NCBI GenBank assembly: GCA_026914245.1
Contig: CP110439.1
Span: 5,890,001 to 5,954,000 of the forward strand
Source of the DNA: Puccinia triticina
Lineage: Eukaryota
Length of the DNA: 64,000 nucleotides
Reading direction: 5' to 3'
Made by a program: the position numbers and the translations under genes. The notes under the pieces are model-generated. The model was not told where the DNA came from and ran no database searches. It worked only from the letters and a program-made list of their open reading frames with translations. Below, in pieces: positions 50,443-64,000 of the stretch; the first letter of the stretch is position 1, and each line of letters opens with the position of its first letter.

Positions 50443-50999
50443 GAGGGGGTACTTCCTGCCACAACCTTGGGTGGATTAGAGATCATGGTTTTGCACCCCC
50501 TGCCGCTATCTGTTGGCGGGTACCTGCCACGGCCAGCAGGTACCCACTAGCATGTGTAGGTGCAGGTGCCAATTTCCAAGATTCCAGGAAAAAGCCGGCG
50601 GGTAACCGGGTAATTCAATATACACCCGCCCGCACCCACCCACATCTTTGACCGGAAGGCCTGATCCCTTCTGGTTGCCATGGTTTTACACCCTTGGCAG
50701 CCAGAAAACCCACCTGGTTGCCGAGGACACACAACATCATTGAACAGGAGGAATTCCTCCTGGTTGCCAGGGCTTCACCTTGGCAACACTGGGCTGCTAC
50801 GCTACACCACACTAGAGGGCCACTTAGCCTTAGCATAGCGGCACTAACAGGCACCAGGAAAGTAAAATAGTCAGTCAATGACAAGTGAAATCACACCAGC
50901 TCCAGCCAGCTACCCACCATCTATCCAATATCTATCCACTATCTACCCCAATCTCCCAACCATCTCCTCAACTTCCAAAATTTACCAAGGAGGTCCTGT

Positions 51000-51670
51000 T
51001 CAGTTTTTTATGAGCCCAACTGATCCTCAGTTCTGTCCAGCTGATACTCAGCTTTGGTACCCAGCTCATACTCAGCTTTTTTGCTCAGCTCATACTCAGC
51101 TTTTTTTATCAGCTCATACTCAGCTTTTTTGACGCAGCTCACTCTCAGAATTGGAATGAAGCCTTTGAACAGTCCTTGCCCAGGTGATGCTCAGCTTTGT
51201 ACTCGTCCTGGCGCAGCTGATGCTCATCTTTGTACCAGTCCTTGCTCAGCCTTTTCCTAGTACTGTCCCAGCTGATGCTCATCTTTGAACCATTCCTGGG
51301 CCAGCTGGCCAGCTGATGCTCAGCTTTGACCCATTCCTGGGCCAGCTGGCCAGCTGATGCTCAGCTTGCTGAGTATCAGCTGAGCCAGGCCAGGTAAAAA
51401 GATGGGAATCAGCTTGGACAGGACCAGAGCTGAAAATCAGCCAGGCTAGGGCCAAAGCTGAGCATTAGCTGAGCCTGAGCCACGGCCAAGGCTGAGCATC
51501 AGCTGTGCCAAGGACAAAGATGATCATCAGGTAGCCGGTGCCAAAGCTGAGCATCAGCTGGGCCAGGGCAAAAGCTGATTATCAGCTGGGCCAGGGCAAA
51601 AGCTGAGTATCAGCTGAGCCAAGGCCAAAGCTGAGCATCAGCTGGGCCAGGGCCAAAGCTGAGCATCATC
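51000..51670. repeat. Head-to-head short-repeat foldback (AGCTGATGCTCAGCT units)
   Basis: Left units gctgatgctcagctttg, right units caaagctgagcatcagc. Centre gctgatgctcagc-tt-gctgagtatcagc at ~51366. Confidence 0.75.
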
Positions 51671-53906
51671 TGGTTTTGTCAAATGGAGTGCTTTGATCCT
51701 GACACCTTTCATGTGAGCCCTAGATGTGCTGGTGGAGAGGAGCAGCATTGGAGCAGTGTTGGAGCTGAAACCAAAGCTGCGTCATGTCACTTGCCATCAA
51801 GTGACTACTCTTTTTTCCTGGTGAGGAGGCTAGTTTTCCTGCAGTGTTAGCAGGATTTTACGCCGCTAACAGCAAGCTTTAGTGTATCTTTTTTTTCTGA
51901 GCTAACACTTTTTTAGCGTTAGCAAAAAACAAATCCGCTATGCAAACAGTTAGCATAAGGGGATAGGCGCTAACGGATTTTTGCTCCCCCAGTAGCGTAG
52001 CACAATGAATTCCCGCTACGCTAGGGCGGCAGAAATGACATGCTAGTTTTTTTCCTGTATTTGCGTGACTGCAGGAAGAAAAATGGAGTGTTATTTCTGC
52101 CCAGTTTCATCTCTGTAGTTGCGCGGGGACAAAATTTGGCTGTTTCTGCCCAGTTTTTTCCTCAGGCGGCGATAGCATACACAAAATCTATGTTAAAAGT
52201 TAGTGTAGCTTTCTTCTAAGCTAACACCGCTACGCTAACGCTATCCAGACAAAATTGTAGTGTTAGCGGCTGTAATAAAACAACCGCTAATGCTAGGCTA
52301 GCGCTACACAAGCGCTTTCTTATATCTTATTAGTGTGAGCGGGAAAATCCGGCCGCTAACACTAGGGCCACCTTAGCGTAGCTTAAAATAACTAAAACTA
52401 CCACTACCAAGATGGATGAATTTGCAATGTTGCATGTTGGTCAATATAGCGCATATTGATCAATTTATATTGATCATTTTTTTTATTCCTCTTGATACCT
52501 TGGTCTCTGTTCCATGTCTCCTTAATACTCTTCTATAATCTCTCTCCTTCCCCCTGTGTTAGCTTCCAGCCACAGGATTTTTTTTTCTTTTTTTTTGCCT
52601 GATAACATTCATAAATTTCTACATGCACCATTCAATTCTTCATGAAAAAAAGACATTGCAAGTTTTGGTATTAATTCAGGGTGGCTGAGGGGTCTCAAAG
52701 TTTTCTTCTTCTTTTTTTTTACTTCAACAATTGATGTTATCAGAAGTCTCCAAATCTATTTTTCTCAAAAAGGGAAAAACATTGACCCCTGACCTCTCTC
52801 ATGATACCATCCTGCAAACAATGTTAATTTGGTTGGTTGAACTTCCTGAAGTTATTGCACATCATACTTGAAGTGCTACATGCACAGAAGGCCTTTTTGA
52901 AATTAGTTTACCATGGTTTGGCATGTTTTTGTCAGGTTCTTTTTTTTATCTACTTTTGTCATGAACCACAGATTAATGAGGAATATTTCCACATAAAATT
53001 TCATCAGAAAAGTGTTCTGCATATAAAACACAGAAATATTGTGTTTGGGGCCACATCCATTATGCAGCAGCTACAATCTGATCAGTTCCCAAATATCACT
53101 ACTTTGGTAGTTTCTTGGTGGTTCTGCCACTATATCTCATCCCAGCGTGGGAATCCTTCTGCCATATGGTCACCAAAATGTATACAAGCCCTCAAAGATT
53201 CATTATGTACCTTTAATGACCACAAAGCCCCCAAATGTAGCAGCTACAGTCTGATCATTTCCCAAATATCACTACTTTGGTAATTTCTTGGTGTTTCTGC
53301 CACTATATCTCACCCCAGAGTGGAAATTCTTTTGCCATATGGTTCCCAAAATGTTAAGGGGACCAAAAACATTCATTCGGTACCTTTACTGCCCACAAAA
53401 CCTCCAAATGTAGCAGCTACAGTCTGATCAGTTCCCAAATATCACTACTTTTGTAGTTTCTTGGTGTTTCTGCCACTATATCTCATCCCAGAGTGGGAAT
53501 GCTTCTGCCAAATGGTTAACAAAATGTTGACAGGCCCCAGAAGATTTATTATGTATCTTTAATGACCACAAAACCCCCAAATGTAGCAGCTACAGTCTGG
53601 TCAGTTCCCAAATATCACTACTTTGGTAGTTTCTTGGTGTTTCTGCCATTATATCTCATCCCAGCGTGAGAATCCTTATGCCATATGATTACCAACATGT
53701 TCACAAGCCCCCAAAGTCCCATTATGTCACTTTACTGACCAAAAAACCCCCAAACGTAGCGGCTACAGTCTGATCAGTTCCCAAATATCAATACTTTGGT
53801 AGTTTCTCGGTGTTTCTGCCCCTATATCTGATCCCAGCGTGGGAATCCTTCTGCAAAATGGATACCGAAATGTTGACAGGTCCCCAAGGATTCATTATGT
53901 ACCTTT

Positions 53907-56900
53907 TGCCAGCCTTGAGCGCAAGAGACGGCAACGCTCATGCGCCATAAGGCTGCTACAGAGCACCCAGCGCGGCAAGAGAAAACCTTTCCGCGCCAGG
54001 AAGAGCGCGAAGTGAAGCGCAACGTGAATACTAAATCTATTGAGACTAGCTGCTCTCAATAGATAATAGTCATTCCCCTTACATTCACCTTTCTTATCTC
54101 CTAGGGATAAATGAAAAGGTCTAAGCGCTCAGAAGCGCGCATAAACCACTTAAAAGCCAAAGGACCTCGAAGCAAAGAGATCCTTAGATTAGAATGACCC
54201 AAATTAGACATAGGTTAATTGATCTCACCTTACCAAGCCCAAGCAATTACGACACCGGTCATGATTGGGGCTTATATATTTCCTTCTCTTTTACTCTTTT
54301 CCCCTTCCTTCTCACTTCGTCATCCATCCTCTTTTCCCTTTTCCTTATCTTCATTATCCTACTTACTCATCATCATCCGACTTCGAGCGTTACTTGTTTT
54401 CTTTTATCATCTTCCTAACTTACACGCGCTCAATATTTGTATTCAGCGGTAGTCACAGAAGAGACTACCCCTGACATTTGGGGGTCTGGCCGGGAAAAGT
54501 TTTCACTCGAGACCTTGGTCAGTGAAATTCCTTTTTTCTTTTCTGTTACCAAGTGGTTGTTTGACACTGAGGTCTTTATAATCCTGGAATCGCCGATTCG
54601 GATTTTTACGCACTAGACATCTGCCGGATTAGTGACGTGTCACTGAGATCGTTTGATTCAGTCGACGAAGGGTATCGCCGATATCTTCATTGCCGTACTA
54701 GCTGGTAACCCCAGCTCCAGAGTCCTTTGATACTTATGACCTCTTCATGGTCTGATTGTCAGACAAAGTCTTCTTAAGATCCTTTCAAACCCGTAATCAC
54801 CCACAGTCACGGAGGTTTAGATTTGTCTGTAAAACCAAAGCTTCACAATTAACCAGCCTGATACTACACTGAAAGTGAGCTGAAAATCTTAGCACTAGAG
54901 TAAAAGCTTAATTGATTCCGCTTGAGACTCATATAAAACTCCAGTGTTGACCCTTACTACAGGCATTCCTTTCGGTCCTGAAGAGAATCCTAATTCTAGT
55001 GTTGTTTTTGGTCCTGAAGAGAATCCTAATTCTAAGGTTGTTTTCGGACCTGAGAATAATCCAAATCTTCCAGTAGAACCAGTAGTCAGTCCAAACAATA
55101 ACCCTACCAGCAGCACCTCAATCCGCTCCAAGGTTGACGACCAAGGAAGTATTGAGAGTCTATTCGCGAGTATTTTCAGACGGAGAGGACAAACAGCTCC
55201 ACCTACTGGTTTGAATCTTGGTACCACAGGGAATCAACCTAGAACAGCTACAACTACGACCCCTGTCCCTGCAACTGCTCCTTTACCCACCATAGGCAGA
55301 AGCATTCAAATTGATCCTGCTTTAGCTATTCCTGTTCAGGAACCTGGCACCAGAGATCAGTCGCAAGCTTCTACCAAAATCCTTCAGCGATACTTGACTA
55401 GGGAGAATCCTAACGTTCCGGTGAATCGAGAAAACAACAATAGTGATTCTGATATAATCATACTCACGGGTTAGTCACAGATAGTCGGAATTAAACCATG
55501 CCTAACCAAGCAGACAAATCTGACAGTGTTTCTCGAGCTTCCTCCACCAGATCCTCCCACCCAGCGCTGGTCCCAGCAGGGGAGTTTAAGCAAGGCTCAA
55601 GTAAGGCACCAAAGACAAAGCTGGCCGCCGGAAGCGGAGTTCATCTTCCAGAACCACCAACTCTGCAAACAACAGTACCTTCAAGCGGTATCGGGGGGGA
55701 GCACTCAAGCGATGGAGGTGCTAAGGCGACAAGCCATGGGATCCCACCGAATCCTGGAGGAGTTGATAGGCCGAGAGCCTCTCCTGCTTTTGATGGAAGG
55801 ATGGAATCCCTTTTCAATCCACCAAAGCCAAGCACCGCAGACGGCTCAAAACCCCAGGACTCATCCTTACAACAGGAACAATGCCAGTCAACCAGCCAAT
55901 CAAGAAGTCAGAGAGAATCAAGCTCCAAGAAACCCAGCCGATCCTCCTCGGGGGCACGGAAGGATGGGAGGTCGACAGGATCACCAGAGACAGATGTACG
56001 CCAAACTGTTCAGGATGTCACAAACAATTCAGGGAGCCTATCAGCATCTGGACGAGTCGTCCAGAGCTCGTCGACGAGAGAACTAGGTCCTCTCACCATC
56101 CGGGATGCGAAGAAAGTATTCTCCTTGCTGTTTAATCAAATCAAAGACATAGTAGATGATAACAGCAGACTAGTGTTAGAGAATCTTCGCCCCTTCATCC
56201 AGTCCGAGTTAATCTCTTCCTTGAAATCTTTTCACCACGAACTTTTGACTCCTATTTCTAAATCAATTCACCAGTCTAATGATAAACTCAACGCTCATTG
56301 TAAAGACATTACTACCTCTTTCACTAATATTAGCAATCTTTGTAATTCCATCTCGCTGCAAAGCGGATCCCACCACAAGCAAATCAAAGATTTTGGCAAA
56401 ACTATTCAAAGCCTTGTCGCAAAGATTCCCGAAAAAGGTGTGAATAATAATTGCAAGTGTGAGTTCAACAAAACTACTTTCAAGGAAGATTTGGAAGACT
56501 TGAGCGTAAGTCTTAAAACGTAAATGAACAACCAGCTTGGGAATGTTAAGAAGGAAGTATCCGCTATAGTTAACTCGCAAGACCAGAAGCTAGTACATGC
56601 GGTACAAGATGTAGCTGCAAGAATTGAATCTCTGGGTGCAGAAATTACTGCTCTCAGTCTTGACAGAGAACAGACTAGGGAATTCTCTCCTAGGTCGGAA
56701 GACACGCTTAAACAAAGAGCGGACAGGGAGAAGCCAAACAGTACCGAGCTTGAAACGGGAGTACCTAGTAGTAGCAATGTTATGCTATTTGGCATATCCC
56801 AGGAGATTAAGAATCTAACTTCTGCTATCCAAGAACAGAACCATTCCTCCTTTTCAGAAGGAGCTGTTAAAGCAATGATAGCTGATTTAGATGAAGGACA

Positions 56901-59900
56901 TCGGAAAGATTTTTCGGCACTAAGCACTAAACTGGATAGACTACTGAGCCAATTTAGAGAAGACGGAGCAGATGTTAGATCCGAGTTAGTACAGCTTAAT
57001 GACCGACTGAGCCCAGAACATCATTCTGAGATTTTTGGAAAGGAACCGCTGGATAATAGCTCAGAAACCAGAAATCCTCCTCCACCAAACTCACAAATGA
57101 ACAATCATTTCCCAAGCAAACAATCAACTCAACAAAATATATCCAAAATTCAAAAACATCTCTGGGGAGCGGTCAATAAACTAGAGTGGCCAAAATTCTC
57201 CGGGCAAGGAGAGTATGATCACACAGAGTTCATTGACTGGATAGATACGTGCAGGACTGAAACCAAGGTACCTGATGAATTCATACAAATTAAGTTACTC
57301 TCTATACTCACAGGAGTAGCAGGGTTATGGTACAAGGCTATGCGGAAAGACCATGCTACGGAAAAATGGGATTTTTGGAAAAGCGCTATTACCGCGCAAT
57401 ACGGTACTTCAAATTGGATGAGAAAAAAGCAAGAAGCTTTTGACAAAGATAGATTCATCGCAGGAGAAACACCGGTATCATCGTGGGTCACCAGGCAATA
57501 CAAAAGACTCAGAGCTTTTGAGCCTCAACTGTCCTTACAGTCCATCAACTTTTGACTACTGGGACTGATGGACCGCGAAGTAGAGTACGCAGCGAAAAAA
57601 GCGATGGGCTCTACTAAAGCGGATATGAGCGCTCTGATTAATGTCCTGGAAGACATTGTGGATAAAACTTGATTGGGCAGGAGAAAATTTGTTCCCAAAA
57701 CAACAGTACCCAAGAAAACAGTCTCTAAGACTACCGAATCCAAAGACCGAGCGACGACGGTGTCAGGAGATGTTAAATGCTACATGTGCCACAAAACAGG
57801 GCACACTTCTCGAAGCTGCCCTAAGAAAATCAATAATATAGGGGATACCAAAGAGATAGAAGAAGGAGAATCAACTGAAAGCGAAGTCAATGACAACAAT
57901 GATATGGTTATAGGGTCTAGTCCGACTTTAGCGGTTACCGCTCCAGAGGGAAAGAACAACTTAGTCCAAATGATTTGTGCGGGAAAAGAATGCACAGTCT
58001 TACTGGATAGCGGCGCTGTAAAGTCAGTAGTAAGCAAGAGTTACCCAAACCGGTTTTGTAAAGACTGGAAGAGATATGTCCTGCCGGCGAAACCAGGGAA
58101 GTTCCATAGCTGTACCGGAGCCTTGAAGCCATTAGGAATAGTTAAAGTACAAATAGACTTCGATTCTTTCAAATTCATTATCCGCTTTGTAGTTATGGAG
58201 AATATGCCGGTACGCTACTTCATAATAGGCAATGACTATCTATCTCATTACAATATTTCTCTGCTTAATGATTCTGGAAGGAAATTTTCGGTTAAAGGAA
58301 AAATCTTTGAGTTTGAAGCATCAATAAATTCTATCCTAGCAGTAGTAAGCAACAAAGATAGCTTTGAAGAAGAAGTCAGGGACACTTCAAAAATTGGTCC
58401 AGATCTAGAAGACAAGAATAAAAACCAACTGATGTCCATTCTCTGAAACAACCAGAAAGCTTTTGCCACTGCCGATGAACCCTTTGGGGCCATTAGAGGA
58501 CATGAAGTAAAGATTACATTAACTATAGATAGACCTTACCCTCCAGCGTTGCAAAAAGCACCATATCCCGCAAGCCCTCGGAGTAAAACAGCTTTAGAAG
58601 AACACATAGCACTACTTACAAAGATGGGTATCATTTGCAAAGTAGGCGCAAATGAGAACGTAGATATAACAACACCAGTGATAATAGCTTGGCATAACGG
58701 TAAGTCAAGGTTAGTAGGTGATTTTTGTGCACTCAACAGCTACACGACCCCGGACAGATACCCAATGCCCAAGATAATGGAATCATTGACAAGGCTACAC
58801 AAAGCAAAATTCATAACCTGTATGGATGTTCTCAAAGGGTTCCACCAGAACGTGGTACACCCAGAGAGTAGGAAATTCTTGCGTATAATCTGTCATTTAG
58901 GAATTCACAAATATCTCCGCATGCCTTTTGGCATTAAAAATGCGCCATCACATTTTCAGAGAATGATGGATTCAGAGTTTCACGGGGAACTCAGCCAATT
59001 ATGGCTCATTATATACATCAACGATATAATTATTTTTACAGAGACATGGGAAGATCATTTAGAAAAACTAGACATTGTATTGAAGAAAGTTATTAAAATG
59101 AATATGAAGATTTCTTTATCTAAATGTTCGTTTGGGTTCCAAGAGCTAAAAGCTCTGGGACATATAGTCAATGGCTTGTCTCTGGGTATTGACCAACATC
59201 GCGTAGCGGCAGTCCTTTTGAAACCAATCCCCTCTAACACCAAGGAACTGCAATCATTTCTAGGATTTGCGGGGTATTACAGACTACACGTAAAGAATTT
59301 CAGCCTTATTGCTGGATGTTTATACAAATTGTGTAGTCCGGCGGTCGGTTTTGAGATGACAAAAGAGAGAGTGGAGGCGTACGAAGACCTTAAAACAGCT
59401 TTGACTACAGCACCATTGCTATTTCATCCGGACCCTAACAAACCTTTTAAACTCTACGTAGACGCGTGTATGGAAGGGCTAGGAGCCGCGTTGCACCAAA
59501 TTCAAATCATCAATGACAAACCCATAGAGGGACCCATTTGCTTCATTTCTAGACAACTTAAGGACTCAGAAAGACACTACGGAGCATTGCAACTAGAATG
59601 CCTGTGCCTTGTTTGGGCATTAGAAAAACTCTACTATTATCTAGACGGTTGCGTGTTCGAAGTCATTACAGATTGTATTGCGTTGAAATCCTTACTGAAC
59701 ATGACGACACCTAGCCGCCACATGTTGCGCTGGCAGATATCTATTCAAATGTGGAGAGGCTCTATGACGATAACACATAGAGACGGGATAATCCATAAAA
59801 ATGCAGACGGACTGTCAAGATGGGCCTTGCCCAACGACAAATCTAACCCGGCGTCTGACCTGGAGGCCACCAAGAGAGAAGTACCTATCATGGCCATCTC

Positions 59901-62082
59901 AGTCAGCGGTTTAGCAAGCAAGTTTTGGGATGCAGTGGAGAAAAGCTATCAAACAGAGAAGAATACCTTATGCCTCATTGGTTTACTACAGTCCAAAACA
60001 CCTAGAGCCGACCTTTGCGCTCAGCTTGACGAACCATGGAAAGCGCGTTTTGAATCAGGACGCTTTTTACTACTAGACGGACTCCTCTACCATAGGTTGC
60101 AAAACCACTGCGCATTAGTACTATGTTCAAAAGAGCATATACAGACCATGTTACACGAATGTCACAATAGTATTGAAGCAGGTCACCTTTCTATGGAAAG
60201 AACTGTAGAACGAGTCAAGGTTCTAGCGTGGTGGCCAAAATGGAGAAAAAATGTAGAACAGTACTGTGAAACCTGTGATAGGTGCCAGAAGGCTAACAGA
60301 TCCACCGGCAAAAAGTTTGGTTTACTTCAGAGAATCAAAGAACCAAAGAACAGATGGGAAGTAATCAATATGGATTTTGTCACAGCTCTCCCCCCAGCGG
60401 GTAAGGATAGCTTTAACACTGTCTTAGTAGTTGTAGACAGGTTTTCCAGAAGAGCACGGTTCATTCCATGCCATAAGGATAATACAGCCATGGAAGTAGC
60501 GCTACTGTTCTGGAATTCCATTATTAGCGACGTAGGCTGCCCTCAAGTTATAATTAGTGACCAAGATCCAAAGTTTACTTTGGAGTTATGGAAAAATCTG
60601 TTCAACATTTTAGGAACTAAGTTAGCGTTTTCCACGGCCTACCATCCTCAGACAGACGGGCTGGCCGAGAGGATGATACAAACACTTGAAGATATGATTT
60701 GGCGCTATTGCGCGTACGGCCTGCAATTTAAAGATGCAGAAGGATACACACATGATTGGGCATCTTTACTTCCAGCGCTGGAATATGCTTATAACTCCAG
60801 TAAACACTCCACTACGGGAATTAGCCCTGTCGAATTGGAAAGAGGTTGGGTTCCGAGAATGCCCAAGGATATGATCCTAAGTCATACGGTCCAGGTACAT
60901 CCGTCGGCGTCATGTTTTCAAGAGATGATGATTAAAGCAGAAGCTAAAGCCAGTCAATCGGTAGCGGAAGCAGCGGAGTATAACAAGGAACGTTGGGACA
61001 AAACTCACAGGGACCATGACCTAAAAATAGGTGACCTTGTGCTAATATCTACAGTCAATTTTGATAATCTAGGAGGGTCACGCAAACTTAAGGACGCATT
61101 TATAGGACCTTTTATCGTCAAGTGCTTCCACGGACATAACGCGGTAGAAGTCCTGCTCACAGAAGGGTTTGATTTAAAGCACCCTACGTTTCTGATTAGC
61201 CTAGTTAAGAAGTACAAAAAGCCGGCGACTTCCGCAGAAGAAGTAGAAACAAAAACACCAATAGCACCACCGTTTGTAACTGAAGAGCCGATAGGTGTTC
61301 CAGCTAAGATTCTTGACAAGAAACTTACGCGAATTTCGGGGCAAGACTGCTGATTATACCTCACGAGGTTTAAAAACCAGACAGCAGACACAGACAAGCG
61401 GCTACCCAAGGATAAAATCCAAGGAGCCGACGCCTTGCTGCGGAGATTCAGAGCAAGTAAACGTTCATCCAACGGCTCTGGGATTAGAGCCGTCCTTTTT
61501 AGTGGGGGCAAGTGTCAGCCTCGAGCGCAAGAGACGGCAACGCTCATGCGCCATAAGGCTGCTACAGAGCACCCAGCGCGGCAAGAGAAAACCTTTCCGC
61601 GCCAGGAAGAGCGCGAAGTGAAGCGCAACGTGAATACTAAATCTATTGAGACTAGCTGCTCTCAATAGATAATAGTCATTCCCCTTACATTCACCTTTCT
61701 TATCTCCTAGGGATAAATGAAAAGGTCTAAGCGCTCAGAAGCGCGCATAAACCACTTAAAAGCCAAAGGACCTCGAAGCAAAGAGATCCTTAGATTAGAA
61801 TGACCCAAATTAGACATAGGTTAATTGATCTCACCTTACCAAGCCCAAGCAATTATGACACCGGTCATGATTGGGGCTTATATATTTCCTTCTCTTTTAC
61901 TCTTTTCCCCTTCCTTCTCACTTCGTCATCCATCCTCTTTTCCCTTTTCCTTATCTTCATTATCCTACTTACTCATCATCATCCGACTTCGAGCGTTACT
62001 TGTTTTCTTTTATCATCTTCCTAACTTACACGCGCTCAATATTTGTATTCAGCGGTAGTCACAGAAGAGACTACCCCTGACA
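53907..62082 (+). mobile_element. Full-length Ty3/Gypsy LTR retrotransposon, 8.2 kb
   Basis: 570-bp LTRs at 53907-54476 and 61513-62082 (TG...CA, 3 differences by eye). 5-bp TSD CCTTT. PBS TGGGGGTCTGGCCGGG, resembling a tRNA-Pro 3'-end complement. PPT agtgggggcaag. Confidence 0.97.
55498..61512 (+). pseudogene. Single-frame gag-pol with five in-frame stops; chromodomain-like C-terminus
   Basis: gag WPKFSGQGEYDH. CCHC CYMCHKTGHTSRSC. Protease [17 protein letters not shown] and YINDII. RNase H YVDAC. Integrase GHLS...[21 protein letters not shown]. Tail KILDKK...LYLTRFKN. Stops at 56521, 57553, 57670, 58444 and 61351. Confidence 0.93.
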
Positions 62083-63293
62083 CCTTTAATGACCATAAAA
62101 CCCCCGAATGTAGCAGCTACAGTCTGATCAGTTCCCAAATATCACTACTTGTATAGTTTCTGGGTGTTTCTGCCACTATATCCCATACCAGCGTGGGAAT
62201 CCTTCTGCCATATGGTTACCAAAATGTTTACGGGCCCCCAAGGATTCATTATGGACCTTAAGTCACCACAAAAACGCCAAACGTAGCAGCTACAGTCTGA
62301 TCAGTTCCCAAATATCACTACTTTGGTGGTTTCTTGGTGTTTCTGCCACTATATATCATCCCAGCATGGGAATTCTTCTTCCATATGGTTCCCAAAGTGT
62401 TGAGGGCCCCCAAACATTCATTATGCACCTTTACTGACCAGAAAACCTCCAAATTTAGCAGCTACAGTCTGATCAGTTCTCAAATATCACTACTTGCGTA
62501 GTTTCTTGGTGATTCTGCCACTATCCAAGTAAATTAAAGCCTCAGGTTCGTACAAAAAGAATTCAAGGGTTCACCCTACAAAGTAGCCAAAACAAAACAA
62601 AAAAATCAAGGGTTTCCCCTTTTACAAACCACAGAAACAACAAACAATAACTCTTGCCACAAACACCCAAAAAACAAAATGAATGCACACAAATTGCTAC
62701 AAAAAAACCAGCCTGCACCCAGCCACCCAGCGCAGCAAGCTGACACACCGTGGCCCAACACCCATCCCTGTCTAGCAGGGTCAAAAAGTGTTGGGAAGAA
62801 GACCCCCAGCCCTAAAGCACAGGGGGGCCCACAAATATCCACCGCCGGACTGCGCAATTGCAACAGCGGACGGTGGTGAGACAACCCCTTGGCTGGAATT
62901 ACAACTTTGGGAGTCAAATGGGGATTAACCAACCAGTCCGCACACCTTCTTATAGCCACTGCCCCCCACCTTCATCCCTCCTTGATGCCCGCACTCACCA
63001 CCAACCACCCTACTTGCACCTATCAATCCATCCAGTCACCTAGGCAATGACCACCAACCACCTTGTTTCCACCTCAATCAGCCTCCTCCACACCGCCATG
63101 CCAACCCATTGCCTCGGCAGCCACTACCACTCCATGACAACTTAGCTTTATTCCGCCGCCCAACCCACACCCATCACGACTCCTCCCTCTGCCCCCAACC
63201 AATCCGTCATAACCACCCCCTAGCCTCCCGCCACCACGCCAACTTGCCCCCAGCCTGAAAAAGCCTCATACCCATATCTCCCGCCACCCACAT

Positions 63294-64000
63294 CAAGGCT
63301 GTCGAGGTGTGCGGCCGCTTGGACATGATCTTTAACAAATAATTTTGCTCTCCTGACCCGAGAGCGGCCGATCATGCAAGCTGAAGGTCTTGGTACATTC
63401 AGTGCGGGGATCATGCATCCTGACAACTCGGATGCCGTCCAGACGGAGGAGAAGATCTGGGACCTCACAATGCGTGTGAACTGCAAAGGGGTCTGGTGGG
63501 GTTGCAAGTATGGCATCCAGGCAATGCTCGCTAACCCCGTGGATGAGAGCAAGGGCCTGAAGCCGGGCGGAAGCATCATGGTTCCAGATACCGCAAGCAA
63601 GGGCGCCGTGTTGGCAATGACTTGAGAACTGGCAATGGTCCACGCCCAAGACGGGATCCGAGTGAATGCGCTTTGTCTGTGAGTACTGCTCGAGCTACAG
63701 CCACTGCAAAGACGCCACCTGACCGGCTCTTCTCTCTGCCATGTAGAGGTCCTCTTTGCACGCGTGAGTTTCTCGGGCCCAGATGACGACGTTTCGAGCA
63801 GAAGCGGTTGTCAAACAGCCCCGCTAATGGACTTTTTGAACACTCCCGAGAAGCGCGAGCACAGGGTGGTCCATCTCCCAATGGGCCGGTTCGGCAAGGC
63901 AGTTGAGCAGGCCCGGGTCGCATTGTTCCTTGCCTGCAAGGACAGCAGCTATGTGACCGGCACAGACTTTATGGTCGATGGCGGCGCACATGCCTGTTAT
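63294..64000 (+). pseudogene. Short-chain dehydrogenase/reductase (SDR) pseudogene fragment; runs to the window edge
   Basis: GRLDMIFNN|AGIMHP...WDLTMRVNCKGVWWGCKY, TASKGAVLAMT*ELA..H...GIRVNALC, PMGRFG...ALFLA...SSYVTGTDFMVDGG. In-frame TGA, a mutated donor (ataatt), no N-terminal GxxxGxG, and an internal deletion after GGSI. Confidence 0.88.

Larger units (their letters stand above)
52402..62525 (+). mobile_element. Second, one-armed copy of the CACTA/173-bp-repeat family, interrupted by a Ty3/Gypsy element
   Basis: Begins CACTACCAAGATGGATGAATTTGC. Arm is homologous to 11183-11845. Repeat units run ~53079-53906 and 62083-62525. No right TIR in the window. Confidence 0.9.

Noticed and set aside
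51842..52364. hAT MITE with CAGTGTTAGC/GCTAACACTA ends
   Set aside because: No TSD, and similar motifs occur outside the proposed ends.

Overview
Eukaryotic, intron-containing, transposon-saturated DNA. It is most likely a rust fungus (Pucciniales); this is inferred from the element types, the protein style and the CpG/TpCpG decay pattern, not from a database search. I found no clearly intact housekeeping gene. Main contents: (1) Three hypothetical genes or pseudogenes at about 0.1-1.8 kb, 3.3-6.1 kb and 10.6-18.6 kb. The last has an HMG-box-like motif and is split by a 5.9-kb non-autonomous CACTA element that is almost entirely one spacer-less palindrome built from 173-bp tandem repeats. (2) A tRNA-like sequence inside the second gene. 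(3) A multi-layer nest of Copia, Ty3/Gypsy, non-autonomous LTR and solo-LTR insertions at 23-44.7 kb, most boundaries resolved by target-site duplications (TSDs). (4) hAT-type and CACTG-type MITEs and minisatellites. (5) A second, truncated CACTA/173-bp element carrying a young full-length Ty3/Gypsy element (570-bp LTRs, 5-bp TSD). (6) A short-chain dehydrogenase pseudogene at the right edge. Most notable: the foldback CACTA/satellite architecture, an apparent CCGC/GCGG target preference in solo LTRs with 4-bp TSDs, a possible tRNA-Lys half-molecule primer site, a possible self-priming non-autonomous LTR element, and the tRNA-like element at a putative exon/intron boundary. All alignments and counts were done by eye.
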